Assembly (NCBI GenBank): GCA_032718475.1
Contig: JAUCBJ010008288.1
Location: forward strand, 20,883-84,882
From: Nemertoderma westbladi
Lineage: Eukaryota > Animalia > Xenacoelomorpha
Direction: 5' to 3'
DNA length: 64,000 nt
A program made the position numbers and the translations under genes. A model generated the notes under the pieces. That model was given only the letters and a program-made list of their open reading frames with translations. It was not told the origin of the DNA and did not search any database. Numbering within the stretch: position 1 is the first letter of the stretch; every line of letters starts with the position of its first letter. Positions 12,199-24,811 of this stretch are shown here, piece after piece.

Positions 12199-14122
12199 TC
12201 TCTCTCTCCCCGTAACAGTAACAGAGCCCCACTACTACTAACCTCGTTCTCTCTCTCCCTGTACCAGTAACAGAGCCCCACTACTACTAACCTCGTTCTC
12301 TATCTCCCTGTACTGGTAACAGAGCCCCACTACTACGAACATCGTTCTCTCCCTCCCCGTACTGGTAACAGAGCCCCACTACTACTAACCTCATTATCTC
12401 CCTCCCCGTACCGGTAACAGAGCCCCACTACTACTAACCTCGTTCTCTATCTCCCTGTACCGGTAACAGAGCCCCACTACTACTAACCTCGTTCTCTATC
12501 TCCCTGTACCGGTAACAGAGCCCCACTACTACCAACCTCTTTCTTTCTCTCCCCGTACCGGTAACAGAGCCTCCCTACTACTAACCCCGTTCTCTCTCTC
12601 CCCATACCGGTAACAGAGCCCCACTACTACCAAACTCGTTCTCTCTCTCCCCGTACCGGTAACAGAGCCCCACTATTACTAACCTCATTCTCTCTCTCCC
12701 CATACCGGTAACAGAGCCCCACTACTACTAACCTCGTTCTCTCTCTCCCCATACCAGTAACAGAGCCCCACTACTACTAACCTCGTTCTCTCTCCCCCCG
12801 TACCAGTAACAGAGCCCCACTACTACTAACCTCGTTCTCTCTCTCCCCATACCAGTAACAGAGCCCCACTACTACTAACCTCGTTCTCTCTCTCCCTGTA
12901 CCGGTAACAGAGCCCCACTACTACCAAACTCGTTCTCTCTCTCCCTGTACTGGTAACAGAGCCCCACTACTACTAACCTCGATCTCTCTCTCCCCATACC
13001 AGTAACAGAGCCCCACTACAACTAACCTCGTTCTCTCTCTCCCCGTACCAGTAACAGAGCCCCACTACTACTAACCTCATTCTCTTTCTCCCCATACCAG
13101 TAACAGAGCCCCACTACTACTAACCTCGTTCTCTCTCTCCCCATACCAGTAACAGAGCTCCATTACTACTAACCTCATTCTCTCCCTCCCCGTACTGGTA
13201 ACAGAGCCCCACTACTACTAACCTCATTATCTCCCTCCCCTTACTGGTAATAGAGCCCCACTACTACTAACCTCGTTCTCTATCTCCCTGTACCGGTAAC
13301 AGAGCCCCACTACTACTAACCTCATTCTCAATCTCCCTGTACCGGTAACAGAGCTCCACTACTACCAACCTCTTTCTTTCTCTCCCTGTACCGGTAACAG
13401 AGCCCCACTACTACTAACCCCGTTCTCTCTCTCCCCATACCGGTAACAGAGCCCCACTACTACTAACCTCGTTCTCTCTCTCCCTGTACCGGTAACAGAG
13501 CCCCACTACTACCAAACTCGTTCTCTCTCTCCCCGTACCGGTAACAGAGCCCCACTATTACTAACCTCATTCTCTCTCTCCCTGTACCGGTAACAGAGCC
13601 CCACTACTACCAAACTCGTTCTCTCTCTCACCGTACCGGTAACAGAGCCCCACTACTACTAACCTCGATCTCTCTCTCCCCATACCAGTAACAGAGCCCC
13701 ACTACAACTAACCTCATTCTCTCTCTCCCCATACCAGTAACAGAGCCCCACTACTACTAACCTCATTCTCTCTCTCCCCATACCAGTAACATAGCCCCAC
13801 TACTACCAACCTCTTTCTCTCTCCCCCCAAACCGGTAACAGAGCCCCACTACTACTAACCTCGTTCTCTCCCTCCCCGTACTGGTAACCGAGCCCCACTA
13901 CTACTAACCTTGTTCTCTCTCTCCCCATACTGGTAACATCGCCCCACTATTACTAACCACATTATCTCTCTCCCCATACCGGTAACAGAGCCCCACTACT
14001 ACTAACCTCGTTCTCTCTCTCCCCGTACCGGTAACAGAGCTCCACTACTACTAACCTCGTTCTCTCTCTCCCCATACCTCATTATCTCCCTCCCCGTACT
14101 GGTAACAGAGCCCCACTACTAC
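12199..14122. repeat. 49-bp minisatellite, segment 2 (about 39 units)
   Basis: Same unit as 9453-10247. Confidence 0.95.
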
Positions 14123-14676
14123 TGTCCCGAAATAACATAGGGTAGTTGCGATTTCCAGACTTAAAATAAACGCGATGGTTTGTTGTTACCGCGTATGTGT
14201 TTGATAGCATTTGGGAGAGCGTTTTATAATAAGGGGTTAAGTAAAGATACTTCCTGATTCATTTATTCAACTAAGGGTATAGTATACATACATGTTTAGG
14301 CCTATTTACTGACACCATGACAGACATACACAGCAGAAATCAACGTAGTCATAATCAAGTTAAAAATAATAATAATAACATAAACCGGTACCCACTTCAT
14401 ATCAGAATGACTGTAATTGGATAATTACTTACGTCATACTAAAAATAACTTAAAAGAAGAGCAAGATTCAAAAACAAACGCTTTCTTATATAACAAAATA
14501 CATAATGAAATAATATTTTGTACATTCCCGCCAGCCAAGGAATAAACTAAGTAAATATGTCCTAATAAGAAAATAACACATACAGAAAATAACTCAAATT
14601 GCATAAACATATACTAATAAACTTTGAAACATAGCACAATATATCAACTAAAATAGTTTACATAGAAAAGATAAAT

Positions 14677-17600
14677 CTATATCTCTGAGACTGATGAATC
14701 GCTATTCGAAACATCCTCGTAATATTCTTTCAGTTTCTCACGGGATCGTATTGCGGCTACATGATGGGGTTTTGTAGTGTTAACTTGCGGTGAACGAATT
14801 GGTGGGACAATTGGGACATCCGATAGATCCACTAATGGTGAAACGGGACACTCTAGAGGGTACAAGAGTTTGATAGGGCGTTTAGAGAGTCCAGTTTGGG
14901 TCTTTACGGATACAGAACGTATCCATCCGTCTTTACTAGGAAAGAGTTCAATGGCCTTGCCGAGAGGCCATTGCATAAGGGGTCTACGGGAACCAACTAG
15001 GACGATATCTCCTACTTTTGGGATATGTTTGGGTTCAGAAGAATTCCATCGATGGAACTCTCGTAAAGAAGTTAAATACTCATCTTTCCAACGTGACCAG
15101 CAATCAGAAATAAGTGTGATAACACGCTGATGACGTTTAGTAAGGGATCGTCTCTCACCATAAGAAGGATCTTTATTAAAAACCTTATCGATGAGGGGTA
15201 AAGGTAACCCAGTTAGATGACGACCATATAGGAGTTGAGAAGGTGTCAGGGGTAAGGGCTCGTCCCTATCCGCAGTAACGTAAGTAAGGGGTCTGTCATT
15301 CATGTAAGCTTCAACTTCGTAGGCTACAGTAACCAACTCTTGATAAGTAATATAAGCTCGACCTAACACTTTCTTTAGTACAATCTTAGAAATACCGATC
15401 AACCGTTCCCAGAATCCTCCCATCCAAGGTGAGGCAACTGGAATAAAAGTCCAAATCATACGTCGTGATAATAAATAATTTTGAACAGTTGCTGTATAAT
15501 GTACAGTCTTTAGATCTAAATCAGCTGAAATAAAGGCGGATTGGTTGTCGCTTAGCAACCGAGACGGACAACCAGAACGAGCGGTAAAACGTCGTAATGC
15601 GAACAAGAATGATTCAGTAGAATTACCTGGCACTACTTCTAATCGTACAGCTCTAACAGTAGCGCAAGTAAACAAAGCTATGTAGGCTTTGGTGCGATCT
15701 CTGAGTAATATATGACCAGTGTAGTATAAGCCAGTAGTTTCGAATGGAACGGAACCTGAAACCCGAAACTCAGGAAGTGGTGGAGGTGGCGGTACTGGAT
15801 AAGGTCGACCAATGACACGATTACAAGTCGCACACGGACGAATAATAGAACGAACTCTGTCTTATCTGTGGAATCCACCAACGCTGGCATAACTGAACGA
15901 TGGTGTCAGACAGACCGCAATGGAAATTAAACTTATGAGTGGATAATATAATCAGTTCAGTGAAAATATGTTTGCTTGGAAGTATCGCGGGGAACTTAGT
16001 TTGCCAAGGAATATTAGAATGTTCAATACGACCTCTAGAACGTAGAATATTGTCGTCATCTAGGAATAACCATAACTGACGCTCTAACGGAGGTATTTTA
16101 CCTTTCTCAGTACTAGAATAATTAAGAGATAGTAAATAATTGCTCTCTTTACTAAATATATTGCTTTGTACGCGTCACAATAGGAATATCTCTGCTAATA
16201 CGATATCGTTTACTGTAAGTGGACTAGAAAGAACTTTCCCTCCTCCGACCGGCGCAATTGTGGGATATACAAGTTTGTGATTGTTATTAGTAACACTATC
16301 CTTTAGGCGGTGAACAAAACGCAATACCAATGCAGTAACACGTAAGAGTTTATTATAGTCACTATAATCTGATATGTTGATGACGTCATCAACATCAGAA
16401 CCTGTTTCATCCAATGTAGGTAAAGAGCTAACTGTGGTATCCATAGCAACCGTTTCTTCCTTGAAAACAATTTTTTGAATTGGCCAATCAGAAACGCACA
16501 TCAACCAGACCGGCCCACAAGTCCAAAAATCGGAGGACAATAATTTGATAGCAGTAATACCTCTAGTTAGCATGTCTGCCGGATTGTCCTTAGTTGGTAC
16601 ATAGCGAAATATTGCATTAGGACATAGTTGGTGAACTTCATCCACACGATTCTTTACATAGACGTTATTAACACAACCATTCATTGTCCAGTGTAGAGCT
16701 ATTTCACTATCTGACCATAAAAAGATATTGGCTGGAATGAATTGGAAACTAAATACCTGTGTAATGTACACCAAAAGTCTTGCGCCAATGGATAATGCAG
16801 TGAGTTCGAGTTTGGGAAGGGAAGGGGCTTTACACTTAACGGGGACAACTTTAGCTCTAGCTATGACTAAGTCAGAGTTTTGGTTGTTCACACAATAAAC
16901 AACTGCACCATATGCCGTTTTAGAGGCATCGCAAAAACAATGTAAACATGCTCCATTACTTAAAGTCAATTGACGTTTGACTGAAAATGATGAAAGTAAA
17001 TTGATATCAGAAACTTGTTTTGACCACTGTGTTGCAATATCGTCTGGGATAACAATATCCCAACCGATATTTAATTTCCACAATTGTTGAATTAATATAC
17101 GTATACCAATAGTCACAGGTAATAATAAACCTAACGGGTCAAATAATTTACCAGCTGAACTAACAATGCCTCGCTTAGTAAAATAAGCATCGGGTGTTTT
17201 AATTTCGCGGGATGGATAACCCAATTTATCGTTTTCGATAAACCATTTCATGCCTAAAATAGCCGGTTCATTAGTAACTACTTTAGGTCCATCATTATTA
17301 GATTGTATAAGTTCATTTAACTTTGGAGAGTTAGTTATCCATTCCCTTAAAGGGAATCCACCCTGTTGTAATAATTTGCTACTTTGTAAATAATAATCAA
17401 TTAAATCGTTCTTGTTATCTGACATACCATGTAAGTTATCAACATATAAATTACGAATAATTATGTCAGCTATCGGCGAGTCACTTAGTTTCAAATGGTG
17501 TCTAACAGTAGCATTTAATAAAAATTGACTACAAGTAGCACCGAATAAAAGTACTCTAAACCGATATGTAAGTATTGGACTACTTGGATCAAAGGGATCC

Positions 17601-20191
17601 TTAGGCCATAAAAATCTTGTTACATCTCGATCAGATGGATCGGGACCTATTTGTAAAAACGCTTTCTCAATATCACTGATAGAACAATATTTGTTCATTC
17701 GAAAGCGTAATAAAGCATCACATAGCATTTGGTTTAGACTAGGACCGGTATGTAAACAATCATTTAAACTTGGAGATTTCGAATTTGCTTTCGAACTACA
17801 ATTGAAAACTATTCTCAATGGAGTAGTTGATGAAGTCGGTTTGATAACACCGTGATGAGGCAAATAATGAAATTTAACATTATTATTATCACCTAGCACA
17901 TTATCGGTAAACCTACGAAAATCGACAAATTCCGCGGGCTCAATAAATTTTCGGTTTAATTGTTCCCTAATAATATTATCATAACAAGATAATAAATCGC
18001 GTGATTTACGTAATTTAGATAATATACTTTGCAAACATTTTGCAGCTAATGAATAATTAATTGGTAAGATTGGGTGATTTGACTTCCATGGTAAACTTGC
18101 CGTGTATTTATATCCGTCGAACTGGATACTATTTTCGAATTCGATTAATGTGGAATCGTTAGAAACGTCCTTGGGTGCGTCGTAACGAATTCCGATTGAA
18201 TCCAGACTCCATAACCTCTCCATACTCGCTGAGAGATCGTCTTCATCTTCGTAAAAAGGTCTCGATGTCCCAATATGAAGAGCTGTAACAACTGATGTAA
18301 TGCACTCTTTATCCTCGGATTGGGTTGAGTCAATTTGGCCCAATATTACATCCCCTAAATTAGATCGAAGTAAAGACACGCCCTCTTCTATGGAAGGAAT
18401 GTTTATGAAATTAAAACATTGGTCAACTCCTAAAACTAATCCAAGATCGGGTACGTTATCACCGCGAATTGGATCAGCTAAGTTAACGCCGCGAAGTATT
18501 AAGTGGTCGATGAGATCCGATCGTCCTGGCGTCGCTAAACGCATTGGTAGCGAGTCTACCACTGCTGCAGAAACTTCGATCAATCCGTCTGATGTAACCA
18601 CTGAAAATTTAGTAATATCATAAGGATCCATTTCGCCACAATGTGTAAAACTATTGATAGCTAAGTATGTGCGAGATATTATGGTTAAACCCAATAACTC
18701 GACGATACTCCGTAATATAAAAGTTCGTTGTGATCCTGGATCTAATAACGTCCGAACGTTATAGGTTCGAGATCCATGATTATAGTATTCAATAGGCATT
18801 ATGGCCGTTGGTAACAGTGAGGAATGTTCAGTGCAAACTGAACTAGAAACAGATGGATTCGTTTTTTTCTTTGGTAACCGATCTGATGAAGAACTACTGG
18901 AATAATGTGCGTGTAAAACCGAGCGGTGCAATCCTCCGCAAACGTAACACCGACTAGGTCTTGGTCATTCGTTCGTAGAATGGCCAGACTGTAAACAGTT
19001 TGCGCATAGATTCAATTCATCAGTGCGAGACTTCCGTTCGTCACTAGTTTTATAACGATTGCAATAACGGACACTGTGATCGCTATTGCAGAAATAACAA
19101 CGGATTTTGTATCTCAGTTTTGGTTTTGTAGAATTCATTACACTCGAACCAAATGAACCGACCGAGCCGCCATGTGGAGACGATTCCAAATGACTACCGA
19201 AGTCGTTGTGTTTCTTTGAAGTATTATTTGGTTTACCTTTATTGAAGCTGGAAAGGTCCGTATCAAAGGCTGATAATTGTTCAATTTCCTCTTGAAGCGC
19301 TTTCCGAAGGTCTTCAATATTCCAATAAGTTGTTCGTGCAGCGCGATTTATATTGTCACGAATCTTGGTAGGGAGTTTTCGGAGGAGGATTTCAGCGAAC
19401 ACGTATCCGGCTTCTTCCACATTTCCTCCTAAATTTCGAATTCCTCTTAGTTGGGCTTCATATGTCGCTCGGAACGTGGCTAAATCACGAGCCATAGGCT
19501 TCGGCTCATCGATGTCGATAATTATATGTAAACGAGCCCGGAGGATTAATTGAGGTTTACCAAAGGTTTCTCGGAGTAACTCAATGGCTTCCTCGTAATC
19601 TTCGTTGGTTCGCTGGAAGTTTGCTACGAGTTTGGCAGCGTTTCCCGAAAGTTGCCCTTCTAAATACGAGAACTTCGCAGCCCCAGCGATCTCTGTTCGT
19701 GAGTGAACAGTGTCATTGAAACGATCCCAAAAATTTGGCCAATCGACTGGATTCCCTGAGAATGACGGCAGCTTCAACACGGGAAGTTTCTGCGGTTTCA
19801 TCCCGATACCGATATGGGATTCCACGTTTGGTGGGTGAACGTTACTACCCGGTAGCGACTCGGCGCGACCCTTCTCGTCTACAAACTGTTCAGCTCGTCG
19901 AATAGCCGAATAGATACTTACTAGATCTTCTTTGGAAGACGTATCAATCTCGGTAATTATACCGTCCTCGTCATTGGGATCCAATACCTGTTGAATTCTT
20001 TCACTCAAATCCGCCAACCTCGTCCTTTGTCTCGCCGTTCCAGCAATGACGTCACGTATAGAGTCAATGTCTGGAACAGCTACCAACTCTCCCGACGTTC
20101 CGAACATCAGTCCATTTAGTTGGTCGAGTAAACGAGTAACTACGGATCGATGACCACGACGTTGATTTTTAAGAAATATTAAATCTTCCAT
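14677..20191 (-). pseudogene. BEL/Pao gag-pol polyprotein of element C, broken by frameshifts/stops
   Basis: Gag LPSFSGNPVDWPNFWDRF and CCHC knuckles; protease LLDPGSQRTF; RT LYVDN; RNase H CFCDASK; integrase LSDNQSAF and WERLI (ORFs 18965-20191, 16175-18931, 14677-15675). Confidence 0.92.
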
Positions 20192-20255
20192 AGCTGGTTA
20201 ATAGTAGAATACAGTTAGGCCTAATGTGTGTCAGAAAGTTCCGGCTGTCCGGTGA

Positions 20256-20273
20256 TCCCGGGTCACTGCACCA
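20256..20273 (-). promoter_or_regulatory. Primer-binding site of element C, tRNA-His-like
   Basis: TGGTGCAGTGACCCGGGA, 4 nt after the 5' LTR; close to the complement of the eukaryotic tRNA-His 3' end (TGGTGCCGTGAC...). Confidence 0.75.
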
Positions 20274-20679
20274 AAATTGTCCCGAAATAACATAGGGTAG
20301 TTGCGATTTCCAGACTTAAAATAAACGCGATGGTTTGTTGTTACCGCGTATGTGTTTGATAGCATTTGGGAGAGCGTTTTATAATAAGGGGTTAAGTAAA
20401 GATACTTCCTGATTCATTTATTCAACTAAGGGTATAGTATACATACATGTTTAGGCCTATTTACTGACACCATGACAGACATACACAGCAGAAATCAACA
20501 TAGTCATAAGCAAGTTAAAAAGAATAATAATAACATAAACCGGTACCCACTTCATATCAGAATGACTGTAAACGGATAATTACTTACGTCATACTAAAAA
20601 TAACTTAAAAGAAGAGCGAGATTCAAAAACAAACGCTTTCTTATATAACAAAATACATAATGAAATAATATTTTGTACA

Positions 20680-20790
20680 ACTACTAACCTCGTTCTCTCT
20701 CTCCCCGTACCAGTAACAGAGCCCCACTACTACTAACCTCATTCTCTCTGTCCCCATACCGGTAACAGTGCCCCACTACTACTAACCTCG
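20680..20790. repeat. 49-bp minisatellite, segment 3 (about 2 units), abutting the GPCR splice donor
   Basis: Same unit; ends at the exon/intron junction CGAG|GTTAGT on the minus strand. Confidence 0.9.
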
Positions 20791-20905
20791 GATCATTGCC
20801 AATATGTGACTTCGATAGTTGTCATTGAGAAATATGTAAGTTAGAGTGTCGACAGTAGAATTACTCATGGCTAGCCCCTCCACCACATAGTAGGTTTGTA
20901 CGCTC
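20787..20905 (-). CDS. GPCR exon: TM7 and helix 8
   Basis: ttctag|G...CGAG|gttagt; translates SVQTYYVVEGLAMSNSTVDTLTYIFLNDNYRSHILAMIR, resembling prokineticin-receptor TM7 (YVVECIAMSNSMINT). Missed by the ORF track. Confidence 0.9.
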
Positions 20906-21285
20906 CTAGAACAATACAGAACATAGCATTATCTATGACATTTCCAATAACATTTTCAGTTTTATTTATTAAGCAATGAAATTTATTATTTTGCAATTCT
21001 GTACGTGTGAGCCGGGATATTATTGTTCTAATCGACAATAATTGTTTTAAGGTGAAATACATACTGTATATATAAGGCATACCTACAGTAGTTGAGCCAT
21101 TACATATTACGTGACACGCTGTAATGCACGCATTGCATCTAGGATTCCCCTGGTAGTTGTACAAAATGCTTCATATGTTCTCTATCTACAGTATCATCAG
21201 AAATAGTAGGCCTACACTGTTAATTACAATATAATTATTATTATGTATTTTTATTGATCAACAAACATATTTTCAGTTTTCTCAC

Positions 21286-21451
21286 CGTTTGCGTTCAGTT
21301 AACGGAGAATCAGCGACATTTGCGTAGAATGCGTAGAAATAATAGGGACCCCAGAGAATCGCGAAAGCTGAACACAGAATCAGGAATAAACGAACCATTC
21401 GCTGTTTGGATTTCAACGCCTGTTTCGCTTGGTTGGCTGTCAATCGTTGGT
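21286..21451 (-). CDS. GPCR exon: ICL3, TM6, ECL3
   Basis: attag|AC...CG|gtgaga; DQRLTANQAKQALKSKQRMVRLFLILCSAFAILWGPYYFYAFYANVADSPLTERKR; phases 1 and 2 match the neighbouring exons. Confidence 0.9.
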
Positions 21452-21714
21452 CTAATTGATGAAAATTTAAAAAAGTGTTTCATAAGTTACAGTACAATAC
21501 ATACTCATATGTGAATAGCAAACACACACGGTTCCACACCTGTCTGTACTTTTACACGTAGCCAAAAAGTACCAGTATTTACCAGAAAATGGGGCAAATT
21601 CTGTTCAATTTAGATTTAAGAGAGGTAACATCCATCTGCTTATAATTAAAATTAATATAAACGAGATAAGTGTAAAGCAAAAATAAAAATAAAATTAGTT
21701 CTTAGTTAATTCCA

Positions 21715-21812
21715 TTTACCGGTACTACCACTTGCTTACCGGTACCACTTGCTTACAGGTACCATTTGATTTGCTAACCGGTACCACTTGCTTACCGGTA
21801 GGCCTACCATTG
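21715..21812. repeat. Short degenerate ~17-bp tandem repeat (TACCGGTACCACTTGCT)
   Basis: Four to five visible copies in a GPCR intron. Confidence 0.7.
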
Positions 21813-22054
21813 CTTGATAAAGGAACCCGTAAGGGTTTTCAAATATTACTATAATTTCATTTGTATTTTTGCTTTATCGTTATCCCGTTTATATAAACTT
21901 AAATTATGTTCAATTTGTTTAAAGTTTATATAAACTGTACTTTCAATATTATAGGCCTATAATAGTCACATGCACCATAATACAAAATTTACATGATTTG
22001 TTATATTTCCTTTCCATATTATATTCATTATAATGATTAAAGTAAGTATTTTAC

Positions 22055-22223
22055 CTGGAAACTTTTTGTCTCTTATCCAAAGTGTGTAACCAATCACCGA
22101 GTAACATACAATCATTAAAACCAGTGGAATTATGTATTGTAGAACAAAGAGACTGGTTTCGTATATGAACAAGGATTTCGGCCTTGGCCAGACCTCTGCA
22201 CACACTGTGAAGTTTCTATCATT
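22055..22223 (-). CDS. GPCR exon: ECL2 and TM5
   Basis: tttcag|AAT...CCAG|gtaaaa; NDRNFTVCAEVWPRPKSLFIYETSLFVLQYIIPLVLMIVCYSVIGYTLWIRDKKFP with ECL2 CxExW and TM5 P...CY. Confidence 0.92.
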
Positions 22224-22636
22224 CTGAAAAGTTAAATTTAGAAAAATTTAGATAAAACAAGAATTAAATAGTTAGAGACTTTAATAATCTTAAATTATTA
22301 CTTCCAAAACATCGGATTCATAATTTGTACAAAGTATTAATGGCTTTGAGGATGTGGAATATGTTGCTAATAGACTATTTTGAATTTTTTAATATTCGTT
22401 TGGCATTTGTACTAAAACTAAAATTAACTGTAAATTTTTTTTAATTTTAATTTTACTAAAAACAAAAATGTACATTGAAATCATTAATAATTGTCTTTTT
22501 TCAGAACATTGAAGAAATCACCCTTAACCCACCGCTTGTTATGGAACTGGCTGGGACTTTGTTGTAGCGGGTACCGGTAAGTATGCCTAAGGATGTAACT
22601 ACAATAAATTACTGGTACCCTTTGGAGACGACTTAC

Positions 22637-22766
22637 AGTGATTAGGTTTGTATGCGAAATGACAGGACAGGCAAGTGCAGCTGAAAATATCCATATCAGT
22701 GCCAAGATCAGACAGACTCCTGCCCGTGGTATTCGCTGTTTCATTGGCCACATTGTAATGTATAAC
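22637..22766 (-). CDS. GPCR exon: end of TM3, ICL2, TM4 (neuropeptide receptor, prokineticin/RYamide-receptor-like)
   Basis: ttacag|G...ACT|gtaagt; (R)LYITMWPMKQRIPRAGVCLILALIWIFSAALACPVISHTNLIT with conserved TM4 W and P. Confidence 0.9.
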
Positions 22767-24811
22767 CTGTAAGAAAATAATTAATTGGTATACTAAAATT
22801 ATCATTGGTCGGAGTCCGACACGTACTACGACAGTCGGAGTCCACCACCAACTCTTACAATTTGACATTTACAATACAGAAGCGTAAAATAAGAGCTTTG
22901 GAGGTAAAACCTATTTGAGTGATTGATTTGTTTTAATTCCGGTACAAAGCTAATGGAAGTCTATGTCGTGATGCCATGATCGTCCATAATCATGAACCAA
23001 AGATATGTTCACGGTTTGGGGCCTACATGCAGCTCAATGAAGTTGAGCGTAGTGGAATTAATTTTATTGAGGGAAAAGGACGGTATGTTTGCTATGTAGA
23101 CTTGAATGGGGAAGGTTGATATGATGAGTGATAATTCCTTACCCTGGCAGTAATAGACACATATAATAAGATTATATATGTACATTATAATAGGAATAAG
23201 GCAAATTTGAATAGATCAATGTCAAGCCACTCTACTACATAACCAATAGAATTGTTCAAGAATTCAAATAGAAATCCATTGGTTGCAGTATTAGGAATTT
23301 GGAATCATTTTATTAGTGTCTGTTAAGTGAGATGTATACATCAATGTGAGATCCGTTTGGTCCAGATAGATCAGTACAATAGTCATACTGTATATCTAAC
23401 CGGTTGGTATTTGGAATCATTTTATTAGTGTCTGTTAAGTGATGAGATGGTATACTATCAATGTGCGATGCTAGATAGATCAGTATAATAATCATATATC
23501 TAACCGGTAGGTGTACAGGATAAGCACGTACATATGGTGTATTTCACATACGGTATTATAAAGGTATTGTAAAAGCTTTTGCGGATATAATCAGTCCCCT
23601 CGCCCGCAAAGTACCGTTATAGGTGTTTTAACGGACATAAAAGTCATTATTCTATATGGGTGCTTTGGAGGACATGGTAAGACATAAAACCCGCAATGCG
23701 TCAAATACTCTAGCACAGCTTAGCCTTGATGATTTAGATTACGACATCTAACAGCTGGTTGCTGGCATGGAAACGGCCATTGGACACATGGTTCTTTGTT
23801 TAGCTTAACAGCCAATCAGAGCGATTTTTTCAGTCGATGTGGAGATATTTGGCAGATCGTGCTAGGAGTGTTCAGTCTTACTGTTTTTTCTTGATACTGT
23901 TGTGTTGTTTCTATCTAGGCCAGGAACACCGGCTCTAGAGTCAATTCGTTACAGACTTTAGAAGAAACATTAGTAGGCTTAGATTATAGAACGTATAACT
24001 GTTATCAGTGCAACACGGCACATACATTGTCATATCATATCTTAACCTACCGTCTTAATGCTTTTTACTGTTGTTATTATTTTGTATCAGTTGGTTGAAT
24101 ATTATTTGGAAAACATCTATAAAGAACCCAAATTTCCCAATTTTCTTGATACACTACAGGTTAGAGAGACAGGTTACATATAGCGATTGCGACTTATATT
24201 ATCGTGGTTTGTAGTGAGTTTAATGCTATTTGATAGGCACTACATGAGTCAATTGCTGTTCTCTTTATATATGATAAAATTCATTGACGGTCGGCAGATT
24301 AGTGTGCAGCATTGTGTGTTTCCGGTAGTGTGCATGATTGTGACTGATAACTAAGCATTTCCTAAAGAATGCGCCTCATACGTGAATCATAAGCCTTACC
24401 GACTTACCGTTGTGTTTAGTATAAGTCATATCTCTGTTTACCTAGATAGAGCGCCACGTCCTAAAGGAACTGTTAATATTTCCCGAAAGTGAATAATATT
24501 AGTCAGAAATTATTTATTAACGATCAATCTAATAATACAGTAAGCTTACACTGCAATAACAATCTAAGCCCTCAGAATCCAGTCTCCCGGGTATATCCAG
24601 CGGGTGAATGGACGCGCACTAGGCTGGCTTCTGCTAATGTTGTGTTTATTGGTATTAAATATTTGTCAATTTCTAAAGTCTATTTATAAACCAAAAGACA
24701 TATAAATTTTGGCAGGTTAAACTGCAAAAGGTCTTCAAAAGCGCGTACAATAACAGTTATAGTCTTTATTGCAGTAAGCAATAAAGTTGAAAGTACCGGT
24801 CGACCGGTAAA

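Larger units (their letters stand above)
14123..20679 (-). mobile_element. BEL/Pao LTR retrotransposon C (6.6 kb; 402-bp LTRs 14123-14524 and 20278-20679)
   Basis: TG...CA LTR pair; 5-bp TSD ACTAC (14118-14122, 20680-20684); PPT GGCTGGCGGGAA next to the 3' LTR; tRNA PBS; gag-PR-RT-RH-IN order. Confidence 0.95.

Noticed and set aside
9453-14122. Regular repeat array next to an RT/nuclease ORF resembling a CRISPR or retron-like locus
   Set aside because: Units are head-to-tail with no unique spacers; the ORF is a CRE LINE with its own TSD and poly(A); the context is eukaryotic.
23138-23185. Possible GPCR TM3 exon (ILLYVSITAR followed by gtaagg)
   Set aside because: In-frame stop just upstream, no D/E-R ending, and the phase does not clearly match the next exon.
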